This document shows positions 1 through 10,219 of a stretch of 64,000 nt of DNA, one piece after another (position 1 is the first letter of the stretch; every line of letters starts with the position of its first letter). The position numbers and the translations under genes are program-made. The notes beneath the pieces were generated by a model, which was not told the DNA's origin, ran no database searches, and was given only the letters and a program-made list of their open reading frames with translations. This DNA is from an uncultured Gammaproteobacteria bacterium (lineage in GTDB: Bacteria; Pseudomonadota; Gammaproteobacteria; GCA-002705445; GCA-002716945), in contig CACOMO010000001.1 of assembly GCA_902628335.1 (NCBI GenBank), positions 45,313-109,312 of the forward strand, written 5' to 3'.

Positions 1-255
1 AATTAAGTCAAAAGATTTTAATAATTTAATGTCATAAAGTTGCTTTAAATTTCTGACTATAATAGGCTGGCCAAAATTATCTAGCTCGAGGCGATGGTCG
101 ATAAAATAATAAACTTGGTATTTACGAGATTTACTATACTCATTAATAATTGAGTTTATAATTGCCTTTGCTTCTGACAACAATGAGGATGAACATAATT
201 CTTCATTAATAAGGCCACCTCCTGTAAAATATTCATATATAAGAATTTTCTTCAT
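1..255 (-). CDS. Partial CDS (N-terminal 85 codons; runs off the window): ATP-grasp-like ligase of the COG1821/MfnD type associated with methanofuran/H4MPT islands
   Basis: Not in the ORF track because it has no stop in the window. ATG is the reverse complement of 253-255. The translation MKKILIYEYFTGGGLINEELCSSSLLSEAKAIINS... resembles N-termini of MfnD-like ATP-grasp enzymes. It lies next to H4MPT genes. Confidence 0.4.
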   Translation of the reverse strand, partial: MKKILIYEYFTGGGLINEELCSSSLLSEAKAIINSIINEYSKSRKYQVYYFIDHRLELDNFGQPIIVRNLKQLYDIKLLKSFDLI

Positions 256-258
256 ATT

Positions 259-951
259 ATGGATATTATCCCCGTATTAGATATTTATAAACAAAAAGTT
301 GTTACTGCTGTAGAGGGAGACAGACTCTCATACAAACCAATAGTAAGTAAACTATATAGTAGCACAGATCCTAAAGAAATAATTTCTACTATTAAGAGAA
401 GATACAAGCCAAGCATAATATACATAGCTGATCTTGATGCAATAATAGACAAACAAGTCAATAACAAAATTATAAATGATATATTGAAAACCTTCCCAGA
501 AATAAGCTTTTGGATAGACACAGGGCTAAATATGTTGAGATTAAAAAAAAGATTTATAAACTATCATCCAGTTTTTTGTAGTGAGAAATCAGTAGGTTTT
601 GATATTGATAAAAATGATCAGAAGAAATCTATTTGCTCCTTCGACTATAAAAAAAGAATCTTAGGGAATGTTAATTTGCCGAAGCTTCTAAAATATTTAC
701 CAAAAAAAATTATACTTATGGATTTAGAGCAAGTTGGATCATCTAAATGTGCCAATTTTAGGATACTAAAAAAATACCTTAGGTATTTAGGTAAGTATGA
801 TCTTTATTTAGCTGGGGGTATTAAGACTATACTAGATTTACAAAAAGCAAAAAAACTTGGAGCAAAAGGTGTATTAGTTTCATCAATTCTTAAATATGAT
901 GTTTTACCCAAACTTCTAATACAGAAAAGAAAAAACCAGCCTATCCACTAG
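259..951 (+). CDS. HisA/HisF-family TIM-barrel protein (type found in methylotroph H4MPT/methylofuran gene islands)
   Basis: N-terminus MDIIPVLDIYKQKVVTAVEG... and ADLDAI match the HisA/HisF pattern (IPaiDl..G.vV, DLDga). C-terminal LAGGIKTILDLQKAKKLGAKGVLVSS is a typical phosphate-binding strand. Confidence 0.6.
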   Translation: MDIIPVLDIYKQKVVTAVEGDRLSYKPIVSKLYSSTDPKEIISTIKRRYKPSIIYIADLDAIIDKQVNNKIINDILKTFPEISFWIDTGLNMLRLKKRFINYHPVFCSEKSVGFDIDKNDQKKSICSFDYKKRILGNVNLPKLLKYLPKKIILMDLEQVGSSKCANFRILKKYLRYLGKYDLYLAGGIKTILDLQKAKKLGAKGVLVSSILKYDVLPKLLIQKRKNQPIH

Positions 952-978
952 ACTGGTTTGATCAATATTTCGCTTGAA

Positions 979-1500
979 TTAAGCTTGTCCTGAGAATGGG
1001 TGTTGCTTAGCATCTGCATTTGCAACTACTTCATCTGCTGTAGGTGTGCCTTTGACAGCCCTAGCGATTGCCTCTTTAACAGCTTGATAATTATATTCGT
1101 ATATACGTTTATCGTCGTTAGCTTCCCAATGAATGAAAACACCAACACAAATAAAACAATCATTTGCTTCTGCTGCTGGAATTGTTCCATCTTTTACACT
1201 ATCTGCAACTGCCATAGATACCGCAGCTTGTGCAGGACCAAACATTTGCACTGCTTGTTTAGCACCTTTAATTGTTACTTTATTGAACATCACAGTTGCA
1301 GGCTTAACCATTAAGTTTGGTTGAGATACCGCAAGAAGTGAAGTAAAGCCATCTTTGTTGTTACATAATGTGTTGCAGAATGCATCCTCAGCTGCTGAAC
1401 CACGTGGACCCATGATTAAGTCTATATGTGCGATCTCATTATCACCGCCCTCTGTAACGACAAGGCTTTCACCTGTAAGTACTTTATCGATTACTGCCAT
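979..1500 (-). CDS. fae: Formaldehyde-activating enzyme
   Basis: 173 aa. Near-diagnostic strings [44 protein letters not shown] and VGVFIHWEA, with a C-terminal HPF. Higher G+C than its neighbours. Confidence 0.95.
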   Translation of the reverse strand: MAVIDKVLTGESLVVTEGGDNEIAHIDLIMGPRGSAAEDAFCNTLCNNKDGFTSLLAVSQPNLMVKPATVMFNKVTIKGAKQAVQMFGPAQAAVSMAVADSVKDGTIPAAEANDCFICVGVFIHWEANDDKRIYEYNYQAVKEAIARAVKGTPTADEVVANADAKQHPFSGQA

Positions 1501-1542
1501 TATTATCTCCTGTTTTTATTGTTAATGGGTGTTCATACAAAT

Positions 1543-2415
1543 CTAAATATCAGAGCAGAATAATCTCTCGATCATAACACCTGAAAGTAATAAATCTGCG
1601 GTAGTCCCCGGATTAATTCCTTTATTCTTATATTCGTAGTCCAATTGGCATATCCTCGATATTGCTCTTTTGCGACTACGTTCCGTATTTATTATTTTAA
1701 TCAAATCCCGTGCTTCATTACTAGTCTTTTTTGCTATTTTTTCGTCAAATTTCCGAGAAATATGTGTATCAGGAATTTCACATAATATCTCCAAAAATAC
1801 TAATGATAGGAGAAAATCAGTATTTTCAATGTTTTTCTTATGCTCTAGTATCCGCGGAACAACAAAATCCAAAATATCACTATATCCAGTTGAATATTGA
1901 TATGACAATCGATCATAGCTAGCAGATTTATCCATGATTGTCTTTAGGGTCACTTTGGGCAAAGAGCGTGTATTCATCTCCTCTCTCTCTCCCAAGCCAC
2001 CAGGGTTGACAAGGTTAATTGTTTTGCAGAGTAAATTAGTATCAGATATTTTTGATGATTTAATTACATCTTTCAGAGCACTTCTGAAGTTATTTTTTGT
2101 TGAATTCAATAAACTATGAACAATCGGTGCAATCAGAATGATTATGCCCAGATTAGTATTAACATTTGTATTTTTTCTCGAGTCCGCTATAGAGTAGTAA
2201 ATTCTCTCACCTAGAGATAGGTCTTTTTTAAAGAGCGAATCACAACTATCATGTGCGCTTCTAAGAAAATCATAGGCTGTAGTATCTGAGTGTGGATAAT
2301 CTATATTTACATTCCCAGGTTTCGTTACCTCCACATCTTTAGAGCATGCATATAAATAACAATTTTTTAGTTTGTCTAAATTGCGGTAAGAGGATTGTAT
2401 TTGATAGTCCCTCAT
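1543..2415 (-). CDS. Triphosphoribosyl-dephospho-CoA synthase-like protein (CitG/MdcB family; H4MPT-island orf5 type)
   Basis: 290 aa. C-terminal NPGTTADLL motif typical of the CitG family. Located between fae and an ATP-grasp gene, as in methylotroph H4MPT islands. Confidence 0.7.
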   Translation of the reverse strand: MRDYQIQSSYRNLDKLKNCYLYACSKDVEVTKPGNVNIDYPHSDTTAYDFLRSAHDSCDSLFKKDLSLGERIYYSIADSRKNTNVNTNLGIIILIAPIVHSLLNSTKNNFRSALKDVIKSSKISDTNLLCKTINLVNPGGLGEREEMNTRSLPKVTLKTIMDKSASYDRLSYQYSTGYSDILDFVVPRILEHKKNIENTDFLLSLVFLEILCEIPDTHISRKFDEKIAKKTSNEARDLIKIINTERSRKRAISRICQLDYEYKNKGINPGTTADLLLSGVMIERLFCSDI

Positions 2416-2424
2416 GATCTATAA

Positions 2425-3333
2425 TTATTTTTCAGATTGTATTTGTTTTTTTTGGTCGATAGATTGAAAAAGAATATCTGTTATTGATTCAGAAATACTA
2501 TCTTTAGTTATCGATTGAAGACCTCTCCATGCTGGCACACTATTAACTTCAATCACATAAATTTTTCCTCTTTTCTTGATAAGGTCTACGCCACAGAATG
2601 GTATTTTAAATAGTTTTGAGACTTGTTTTGATTTTTTGATTATTTCTTTGCTAAGTGCGATAGGCGTACATTTTGCACCAGCAGAAACATTATTAATAAA
2701 TGTTTTACCATATCTAGCCATTGAGTAGACTTTTTGATTCTTCGAATTAGAGATTATTAGAACTCTATAATCGTGAGATGGTTCTGTTTCAATAAACTTT
2801 TGCAAGTAAAAAATATTAGTATTGTTATTAATTTTTTTGAGGTCATTAATATTTCTTATCTTAACTATATTTTCCCCTTGAGATCCAAAAAGAGGCTTAT
2901 AAATAAGAGTATTTTTTTCCAGCAGTTTCTCAACCTTCTCATAAAGATGATTATCACCTCTAAATACCCAAGTATCAGGTGTATCAATATTGTGGTCTCT
3001 GAGAATAAGTGAAGTTAGTGATTTATCTACTGTCCGTTCAATTTGTGTTGCTGTGTTTATAACATTACAGCCATTCATCTCCAATGACCTTAATATATTT
3101 AAATAATGAACGATTTCTTCTAGACTACCACCTGGAATATATCTAACAAATATATTAGAGAACTCTACTTTTTTATTATTACTATCTAATACATAATAAT
3201 TATTATTATCAATATGGAGAGACAATCTTTTAAGATCTTCTATTAATACATGAAATCCTTCTCTTTCTGCAGAATTTTTAAGCTCCTTACAATGCCAGCC
3301 ATTTTTATCGGTTAAGATAGTAAGTTTTTTCAT
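2425..3333 (-). CDS. RimK-type ATP-grasp ligase, probable tetrahydromethanopterin:alpha-L-glutamate ligase (MptN-like)
   Basis: 302 aa with ATP-grasp architecture (KPLFGSQGENIVKI, VIEVNSVPAWRGL). 4-nt overlap with mch. Confidence 0.7.
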   Translation of the reverse strand: MKKLTILTDKNGWHCKELKNSAEREGFHVLIEDLKRLSLHIDNNNYYVLDSNNKKVEFSNIFVRYIPGGSLEEIVHYLNILRSLEMNGCNVINTATQIERTVDKSLTSLILRDHNIDTPDTWVFRGDNHLYEKVEKLLEKNTLIYKPLFGSQGENIVKIRNINDLKKINNNTNIFYLQKFIETEPSHDYRVLIISNSKNQKVYSMARYGKTFINNVSAGAKCTPIALSKEIIKKSKQVSKLFKIPFCGVDLIKKRGKIYVIEVNSVPAWRGLQSITKDSISESITDILFQSIDQKKQIQSEK

Positions 3334-4298
3334 TTATTAAATGATTCATTTACAAGTTCTGTATTTATTTCTCCACCAACAAAAGTCTTACCAGTTTTGA
3401 GCGTTGTCACAATTACCTTTGCTGGGCTGAATAGCAATTTATCAATTTGATAGAAATCATATTTATACTCCTTGAAAATTTCAGCAAATGTTCTCCCATA
3501 ATCTTTTGATGTAGAACTCGGTAATCTTTTGGCAAGCTCATATGCCTCATCATCATCTACATCAACATACAAGTGAACTTGCCCACCGTACAAAATGGCA
3601 TCATTAGTTCTTCCCATTCCAATTAAAAAATCAGGGGCTGGAGGTGGTACTGGTGCTGATCCGAATCCATCAACTACTTTTTTCAGAGGAAAGCCTATCT
3701 CATGGAGTTTATGCATACCAACTTCAAGAACCCTCCCAACCACTTGAACGCAGCCTGAAAGGGATTTTGTAGGTGTCAAAATCAAAGTCAAATTTTTTTC
3801 ACTTATCCCACAGTCAGTTGTTATTTTATCGATTATTTCCTGTGGTGGTCGTCGATCAACCTCTAAAATTACCACCGTAGAAAAAAACTTATCTTTATAG
3901 TTTAAATCTTTAAATATTTCTTCTTTTTGGGCAAGAGCTCTACATGGACCAGACCCGAGGGCATTAAAGTTATCTTCTTCTTTAACAAACGATAAATTCC
4001 AGCCAGCATACTGACTTGCTAAACAGCTTAAAACCGGATTACTGCTATGAACATGGATTGATAGTGGCCACTCTTTGATATTATCGCTCATTGATAAAGA
4101 CACATAACCAAGGCCGCCCATACAAATTTCAGTGATTAATCTTCCTGATTCTAGACAACCTGAGGTATTAATTCCGGCATCAACAATCTTCGCTCCTCCT
4201 TCAGTCGTTTCGATAGATAGATTTAGCTCACTCACCTTTTCAATTAATTTCTCGACGAGTGGCTTGGTAGTTTTATTAATACTTATATCATTACTCAT
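3330..4298 (-). CDS. mch: Methenyl-H4MPT cyclohydrolase
   Basis: 322 aa, the length of Mch. N-terminal LN...A.K.V.E.....L.....GGAKIVDAGI pattern and ICMGGLG. Sits in an H4MPT gene context. Confidence 0.88.
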   Translation of the reverse strand: MSNDISINKTTKPLVEKLIEKVSELNLSIETTEGGAKIVDAGINTSGCLESGRLITEICMGGLGYVSLSMSDNIKEWPLSIHVHSSNPVLSCLASQYAGWNLSFVKEEDNFNALGSGPCRALAQKEEIFKDLNYKDKFFSTVVILEVDRRPPQEIIDKITTDCGISEKNLTLILTPTKSLSGCVQVVGRVLEVGMHKLHEIGFPLKKVVDGFGSAPVPPPAPDFLIGMGRTNDAILYGGQVHLYVDVDDDEAYELAKRLPSSTSKDYGRTFAEIFKEYKYDFYQIDKLLFSPAKVIVTTLKTGKTFVGGEINTELVNESFNK

Positions 4299-5403
4299 GG
4301 CTAAATATTATATCATAAATGTTATAGTGTTCTTTTGTTATTTCAATCTGACGTTGAAGATTATCTATATTTTTATTGTAATCATTTTCTCTAGACAAAA
4401 GCGTAAATATAGGATTTCCACATTTAACTATGTCTCCATTATTTGGTGTATTTATACAATTAATTTCTGCTATTGTTTTTTCTGTGAACACAACATCTTC
4501 TCTCGCAAAAATATGTGCAAAACCTGATATTGGTTTATTCTCAAAGGCAATTTGCTCCCAATTGTATTTACCTAGTATTTGTCCTTTTAGCAATTCATCG
4601 TTATTAATATCGTTATAAAGAAAAAAAGGAGATGTGATTCTGGGATTAATATCAATAATGTAACACTTTTTGCCGTCAAAAATAAAATCTATTCCATTAA
4701 AACCTCTCATTTTTAACCTTCTCGCTAATGCTTCGATTGCTTTATGGAAATTATCTGAGAATCTTTTTTTTGTCATCAAGGCACCAGCATGTATAAACTC
4801 ATTTTCATAATGACTATTAAGATTCAAAAGTCTATTAAACCCAAGTAATCTAAAATTATTATTGTCAATTATAAACGAACAAGAATATGTATCACCACGA
4901 ACATGTTCTTGAATATATGAATTTTTCTTCATAGGATAGACTTGGCTTATATCGTATCCCCCGCAGCTATTCAATGGTTTGAATAAATATCTTTTACCTG
5001 AAGATAATGGCCTTTCTTCCATAGAATATGTTTCCGGATATTTCAGTTCACAATCTCTCAATTCCTCTGCAAAATTTTCTATGAATCCAGATTTATTAAG
5101 TAGAGATAAATTATTTCCACAAATAGAAAATTTTGACTCAATGAGATCATGCAAATATTCTCTTCCCTCTAATCCTGAAGCATAAATACATTTCATATTT
5201 TTATCATATAAAAATTTCTCATCCAAGAAACTAGAAAGGTGTTTCTTTGAATGGAGGGCTTTTGTATTCAGAGATACATTTATTGTGATTGGTTTATACC
5301 CTAATTTCAGAAGTTTTGCTTCTAAATAATCTGTATCATAACCAATGAGTAAGACTGGAAATTCACTATGCATCTTTTTGAGCAAACTCAAATGCATGCT
5401 CAA
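4291..5403 (-). CDS. ATP-grasp domain protein (H4MPT-island orf17 type)
   Basis: 370 aa. The C-terminal half has ATP-grasp features (KPLNSCGGYDI, GFNGIDFIFDGKKCYIIDINPR). The annotated start overlaps the mtdB stop by 38 nt, so the true start may be the downstream Met (MHSEFPV). Confidence 0.6.
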   Translation of the reverse strand: MSMHLSLLKKMHSEFPVLLIGYDTDYLEAKLLKLGYKPITINVSLNTKALHSKKHLSSFLDEKFLYDKNMKCIYASGLEGREYLHDLIESKFSICGNNLSLLNKSGFIENFAEELRDCELKYPETYSMEERPLSSGKRYLFKPLNSCGGYDISQVYPMKKNSYIQEHVRGDTYSCSFIIDNNNFRLLGFNRLLNLNSHYENEFIHAGALMTKKRFSDNFHKAIEALARRLKMRGFNGIDFIFDGKKCYIIDINPRITSPFFLYNDINNDELLKGQILGKYNWEQIAFENKPISGFAHIFAREDVVFTEKTIAEINCINTPNNGDIVKCGNPIFTLLSRENDYNKNIDNLQRQIEITKEHYNIYDIIFSHE

Positions 5404-6256
5404 AATGTAGATAAACTGGTTTATCGCAGGTATACATTAGTTTCAAACAATCATGTTGAGATTTATATTTAACATTGCCTATTGCAAGCGCACCAATTGA
5501 GTAAGTTTTAGATGAAGAATTTTTCATTTCTACAACGTCATCCATTGCATCAACACCCGCAATACCCGCTGGTGGTACCGCATTAACGTCTGCACATATT
5601 TTTAAGCTCTTGGCTGCAGTCACAAGACTATCGTCCATCAATTGTATACCCGCGGCTCCTGTATTGAAAACTACATCAACATCCTGAAGTATTTTCTCTT
5701 TATCAGCATCGACACCAGGAACAACTGAGTCAGATCCGTATCTATCGTTACAAATATTTACTACTTTAGTTGTTTTCTCCTCGCTACGACCAATGAGTGT
5801 TACATTATTTCCTGCTTTGGAACTTATAACTGCGGAGGCAACTCCAACTGGACCTGTTCCACCAAGAATTGCAATCTTAAGTCCCTTGAACTCATAATTA
5901 AATTTTTCTTTCAGTGCTTTTTCCGTTTTTGCAACCATTCCTGCTGCAGTAGTAAATGCACCGCTTGGATCTGCAAAAACTGGCACCTCAAATGGAGGAA
6001 CCATATGTTTTTTTGTTTCATCTAACATATCCATAGCGACATGCGTATCTCTCCCACCAATAAATATCGCTGTTTTCTTTAATGTTGATGGAGAACGTGA
6101 GAAAATCGTGTCTTGTACAAGAGCTTGAATTTCCTCCATAGTCACGTTTGTATATGGTACAACCGATTGCCAACCAGCATCAAAAGCCATGTTAGCATCG
6201 AAGGGACTTATGTTTTTCTCCGGCGTTATCATGTGTAATAGATATGGTTTTTCCAT
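5366..6256 (-). CDS. mtdB: NAD(P)-dependent methylene-H4MPT dehydrogenase (MtdA/MtdB family)
   Basis: 296 aa. N-terminal KPYLLHMITPEKNISPFDANMAFDAGW pattern of the Mtd family and a Rossmann GGTGPVG motif. Position next to mptG and mch fits MtdB. Confidence 0.82.
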   Translation of the reverse strand: MEKPYLLHMITPEKNISPFDANMAFDAGWQSVVPYTNVTMEEIQALVQDTIFSRSPSTLKKTAIFIGGRDTHVAMDMLDETKKHMVPPFEVPVFADPSGAFTTAAGMVAKTEKALKEKFNYEFKGLKIAILGGTGPVGVASAVISSKAGNNVTLIGRSEEKTTKVVNICNDRYGSDSVVPGVDADKEKILQDVDVVFNTGAAGIQLMDDSLVTAAKSLKICADVNAVPPAGIAGVDAMDDVVEMKNSSSKTYSIGALAIGNVKYKSQHDCLKLMYTCDKPVYLHFEHAFEFAQKDA

Positions 6257-6273
6257 CTTATGCTCCTGTAATT

Positions 6274-7227
6274 TTAGATAATTTTATGCTTATAACCTGT
6301 GTTGGTAATGCTAACAATTTGATAATCTAGATTATTATACATTTTAAATTTAGATTCCATAGTTTTTATCAAATCATTAGCCTCTGCTTTGGATTCAACG
6401 AAAATGTAAGATAATGGCCCCCATGAACTTTGGCCGACACCCTTAAATCCAGAATTAGATGCAAATCTAATTATTTTAGAAATATCATTACTAAGATAAG
6501 TATCTTTTTGATTAATTTTATAAAATCTTGATGTCAATTCCTGGTATCGATTTAAGTTATCGCAAAAATTACTGAAATCTTTATAGAGTATTGAAGGGAA
6601 AAGACCTCTCATTAATATAAAACTTAACTCTTTGTTGATTGTTTCTGTTTTATTTTTTTTATTTTCGAAAAAATCACTCTCTTTTTTTCCAAAAGAACCT
6701 CTCTGGGTAGTATCATTTATTAAAATTACATGCCATTCTTTAGGAAATTTTAGATTAAACAATGTTTTTGGATATAGGTGATCTTTCTTACACCCATCAA
6801 CTATAAAGCCGCCATTATAGAATGTTCCAATTCCAATTCCAGATCTTTTGCCTCGTGTTGACAATTTAATACACTCATCTTTGGAAAGATTTAAATTTAA
6901 CAAAATATTAAGTGCATAAATTGAACATAAGGATAACTGAGTACCTGAACCTAAACCAATATGCTTAGGTGGGCTCTTTAAAATTTCAAGCGTATAATTT
7001 TTATTTATATTCTTTTTCTTAAGTAACTGATTTATCTGATTAAGCTTAGCATTACTCTGTGAAGATTCAGATTTTCTAACGTATTGTGCAGACACAACCG
7101 TTCTAAATGCGTTAATCGCCAAGCCTATGCTGCCATATGAATAATCTAAGTCTTTGTTTATTCCATAAAAACCTAAATGTAATCTTGCAGGTGAATCTAC
7201 TACTACTTTTCTACTACTAAAACTCAT
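6274..7227 (-). CDS. mptG: Beta-ribofuranosylaminobenzene 5'-phosphate synthase
   Basis: 317 aa with a GHMP-kinase-like fold and the motif HIGLGSGTQLSL. Divergent from the fhc operon. Confidence 0.78.
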   Translation of the reverse strand: MSFSSRKVVVDSPARLHLGFYGINKDLDYSYGSIGLAINAFRTVVSAQYVRKSESSQSNAKLNQINQLLKKKNINKNYTLEILKSPPKHIGLGSGTQLSLCSIYALNILLNLNLSKDECIKLSTRGKRSGIGIGTFYNGGFIVDGCKKDHLYPKTLFNLKFPKEWHVILINDTTQRGSFGKKESDFFENKKNKTETINKELSFILMRGLFPSILYKDFSNFCDNLNRYQELTSRFYKINQKDTYLSNDISKIIRFASNSGFKGVGQSSWGPLSYIFVESKAEANDLIKTMESKFKMYNNLDYQIVSITNTGYKHKII

Positions 7228-7316
7228 CTATTTATACCATTATTTGAACATATATTCTAAACCTTTTATGTATAAACATATATCGTTTTAATGTAAAATA
7301 AATAGGAAATATTCAC

Positions 7317-8561
7317 ATGAAATCTGATAATAAACGCTATATAACATGTCCTTTCTGCTCATTGCACTGTGATGACATTCAGGTTGAAGTCAATAACAAT
7401 AAATTCAAAATAGTCTCAGAGAACATCAAAGATTGTACTAGTAAAATTGAATATTTTAATATAAAGAAAACTAGCAATCTTACTGCGATAAGTAAGTATA
7501 AAAAAATAAATTTTAATACAGCGATAAATGCTGCTAGAAAGATGATTTCTAGGAGTGAAGATATTACACTTGTAAATCATGGCACAGATGTTAATGGTGT
7601 CAGATCATTATTGAATTTTGCTGCTAGCCATAATTGTGTGGTTGATCATGTGAACTCAAAATATCTATACAGAAATCTTGGTATTATTCAAAGAAAAGGG
7701 TACATGGCAACCTCACTAACTGAGACAAGAAATAGATCTGATGTAGTTATTTTATTTGGAAATAATATACTTAAAAAATCACCTCGACTTATTGATAAAG
7801 TAATATTACCGAAGCATAGTTTATGCACAAACCTGAAAAGTAGAAAGCTTTTATTAGTTGGAGATTTTGATGCTCAATCTGTAAAAATAGCGAAAAAAAA
7901 TAAGCATCATATTGAAAATTTTAAAATAGATCTTAATGATATTCCTGAAATACTAACTAAATTAATGTCTGATGATAAGCTCTCAAAAAATTTAGAAGGG
8001 ATTAGAAAGATTATAAAGAAATCGAAATATCTAGTAGCAAGCTGGATCACATCTGACTTTGATAAATGCAATGATCCTGATTATGTAATTTCTTCAATTT
8101 CTGATTTTATTCTTTCAATGAATCAAACTAGTAGAGCGGCTTGTATGCCCATTGCTGGTTCACTTGCAGATGCAACATCTTCACAAACAATGTCATGGAT
8201 CACTGGTTTTCCATCTCGTGTAAAATTTAATGGGAAATCTTTTTTTCATGATAGGAGTATTTGTGACAGTCAAGAAATCATAAGAAATCGAAACACAGAC
8301 CTTGCCATTCATATTTCTACTGTCAATCATAACAAGGTAGAGTTGAATGACAAAATAAAAAATATCTTTATAGGACATATTAACTCTACATTCAATATCA
8401 AACCAGATATCTTCATACCTGTTGGTAACCCTGGGATAGATCATAGGGGTATTATGTTTCGTACTGATAATGTTGTATCTGTTCTTTTGGATAAGATTAG
8501 AGAGATCGAGCTTCTGTCAACACAAGATGTTATGAATATGCTATCAGAGGTAGATAACTAA
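7317..8561 (+). CDS. fhcB: Formyltransferase/hydrolase complex subunit B (formylmethanofuran dehydrogenase subunit B homologue)
   Basis: 414 aa. N-terminal CPFCSLHCDD cysteine motif of the FwdB/FhcB family. First gene of the fhcBADC run. Confidence 0.85.
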   Translation: MKSDNKRYITCPFCSLHCDDIQVEVNNNKFKIVSENIKDCTSKIEYFNIKKTSNLTAISKYKKINFNTAINAARKMISRSEDITLVNHGTDVNGVRSLLNFAASHNCVVDHVNSKYLYRNLGIIQRKGYMATSLTETRNRSDVVILFGNNILKKSPRLIDKVILPKHSLCTNLKSRKLLLVGDFDAQSVKIAKKNKHHIENFKIDLNDIPEILTKLMSDDKLSKNLEGIRKIIKKSKYLVASWITSDFDKCNDPDYVISSISDFILSMNQTSRAACMPIAGSLADATSSQTMSWITGFPSRVKFNGKSFFHDRSICDSQEIIRNRNTDLAIHISTVNHNKVELNDKIKNIFIGHINSTFNIKPDIFIPVGNPGIDHRGIMFRTDNVVSVLLDKIREIELLSTQDVMNMLSEVDN

Positions 8562-10216
8562 TGAATTTAAAACTACAAGGTGGAAAAGTTTATGACCCAA
8601 TAAATAACGTTTATGGCAAGCGCATGGATGTCTACATTAATGATGGGAAAATAATCAAGAAAAATAAAATAAAAGGAAAAATTAATAAAATTATAGATTG
8701 TAGTGACAAAATAATAATGCCTGGGGCCATAGATATGCATACACATATTGGAGGTGGTAAAGTGAATATTGCTAGAATGATGTTAGAAGAGCTTCATCAT
8801 GATCACAACGATAGTTGTGATTCCTCAGCTATCATCGCTCCTACCACCATTAAAACTGGTATTAAATACATACAAATGGGTTATACCTCGTGCTTTGAGC
8901 CCGCACTTTTGCCAATAAATGCACGTCAGGCCCACTCGGAAATGGCAGATATTCCATTTGTAGATAAAGGTGGCTACGCACTTCTTGGAAATGATGATTT
9001 TTTTCTTGATTTAGTTAAGAAGAAAGCCAGTCAGTCGCTGATTAATGATTATGTCGCATTTATTCTAAATGCATCACAATGCATTGGCATTAAGGTAGTT
9101 AATCCTGGTGGTATAAACGCTTTTAAGTTTAACCAGAGGGCACTCGATGTCGATGAAAAATCAAATTATTATGATATTACGCCAAGAACAATTATCAAAA
9201 TACTCACAAAAGCAATCTATGATTTAGGAATACCACATCCGCTACATGTCCACTGCAGTAATCTTGGCGTTGCTGGTAATTATCTCTCTACGATTGAGAC
9301 TATCAAGGCAGCTGAGAGTCTCCCTATTCACTTAACACATATACAATTTCAAAGTTATGGGAATAATGGAGATAGGAATTTTTCTTCGGCTGCACCCGAG
9401 ATTTCACATTATCTAAATAAAACTAAAAATCTAACATGTGATGTTGGTCAAATTATGTTCGGACAAACCGTAACCATGTCTGGTGATAGTATGTCTCAAC
9501 ATAAAAATCATCATCATGCACATCCAGATAAATGGATGTGTATGGATATTGAGTGTGATGCTGGTTGTGGTGTTGTACCATTTCGTTATAGTGATAAAAG
9601 TTTTGTTAATGGATTGCAGTGGGCAATAGGTTTAGAAGTATTTTTACTAGCAAAAGATCCATGGAAGGTGTTTTTAACTACTGATCACCCAAATGGTGGT
9701 CCTTTCACGTCTTATCCTCATTTAATTAAATTATTAATGGATAGATCATTTAGAAATGATATTTTTGAGAAACTACCTAAAAGTGTTCAAGAGCATTCAA
9801 TATTAAAATCACTGAAAAGAGAATTTACTCTAAAAGAAATCTGCATAATGACTCGATCTGCACCAGCAAAAATTCTGGGTTTAAAAAATAAAGGGTCTCT
9901 TGGTGATAATTGTGATGCTGATATCACTATTTATGACCAAAATAAGAAAGATATAGAAGACTTTTTTGCTAACCCATCTCATGTAATCAAAGACGGTAAA
10001 ATTGTTGTTAAAAATGGTAAAATTGTAAACTATATTTGGGGTAAAACTCAAACAGTTAAGCCTGAATATGATGCAGGTATTGAAAAAATTCTCGGAAAGT
10101 TTTTTGATAAATATCATACAATGAAACTTGATAACTTCAAAATAAGCGATGATGAAATGACTAATGTTATAGGGTCAGAAATTAAAGTTAATGAATGTAT
10201 TCACAAAAGAAAATAA
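8561..10216 (+). CDS. fhcA: Formyltransferase/hydrolase complex subunit A (amidohydrolase, FwdA homologue)
   Basis: 551 aa. Amidohydrolase metal motif PGAIDMHTHIGGG. The start overlaps the fhcB stop by 1 nt. Confidence 0.9.
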   Translation: MNLKLQGGKVYDPINNVYGKRMDVYINDGKIIKKNKIKGKINKIIDCSDKIIMPGAIDMHTHIGGGKVNIARMMLEELHHDHNDSCDSSAIIAPTTIKTGIKYIQMGYTSCFEPALLPINARQAHSEMADIPFVDKGGYALLGNDDFFLDLVKKKASQSLINDYVAFILNASQCIGIKVVNPGGINAFKFNQRALDVDEKSNYYDITPRTIIKILTKAIYDLGIPHPLHVHCSNLGVAGNYLSTIETIKAAESLPIHLTHIQFQSYGNNGDRNFSSAAPEISHYLNKTKNLTCDVGQIMFGQTVTMSGDSMSQHKNHHHAHPDKWMCMDIECDAGCGVVPFRYSDKSFVNGLQWAIGLEVFLLAKDPWKVFLTTDHPNGGPFTSYPHLIKLLMDRSFRNDIFEKLPKSVQEHSILKSLKREFTLKEICIMTRSAPAKILGLKNKGSLGDNCDADITIYDQNKKDIEDFFANPSHVIKDGKIVVKNGKIVNYIWGKTQTVKPEYDAGIEKILGKFFDKYHTMKLDNFKISDDEMTNVIGSEIKVNECIHKRK

Positions 10217-10219
10217 TAA

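Noticed and set aside
285-521. Numerous 60-130-aa ORFs in the track that lie antisense to or nested within longer genes (for example 285-521, 1000-1314, 1133-1324, 4132-4527, 13423-13698, 20346-20642, 21384-21578, 58025-58363, 62288-62681)
   Set aside because: They overlap well-supported family-recognisable genes on the other strand or frame. Their low-complexity, hydrophobic translations are typical of AT-rich shadow ORFs, and they have no Shine-Dalgarno or family signal.
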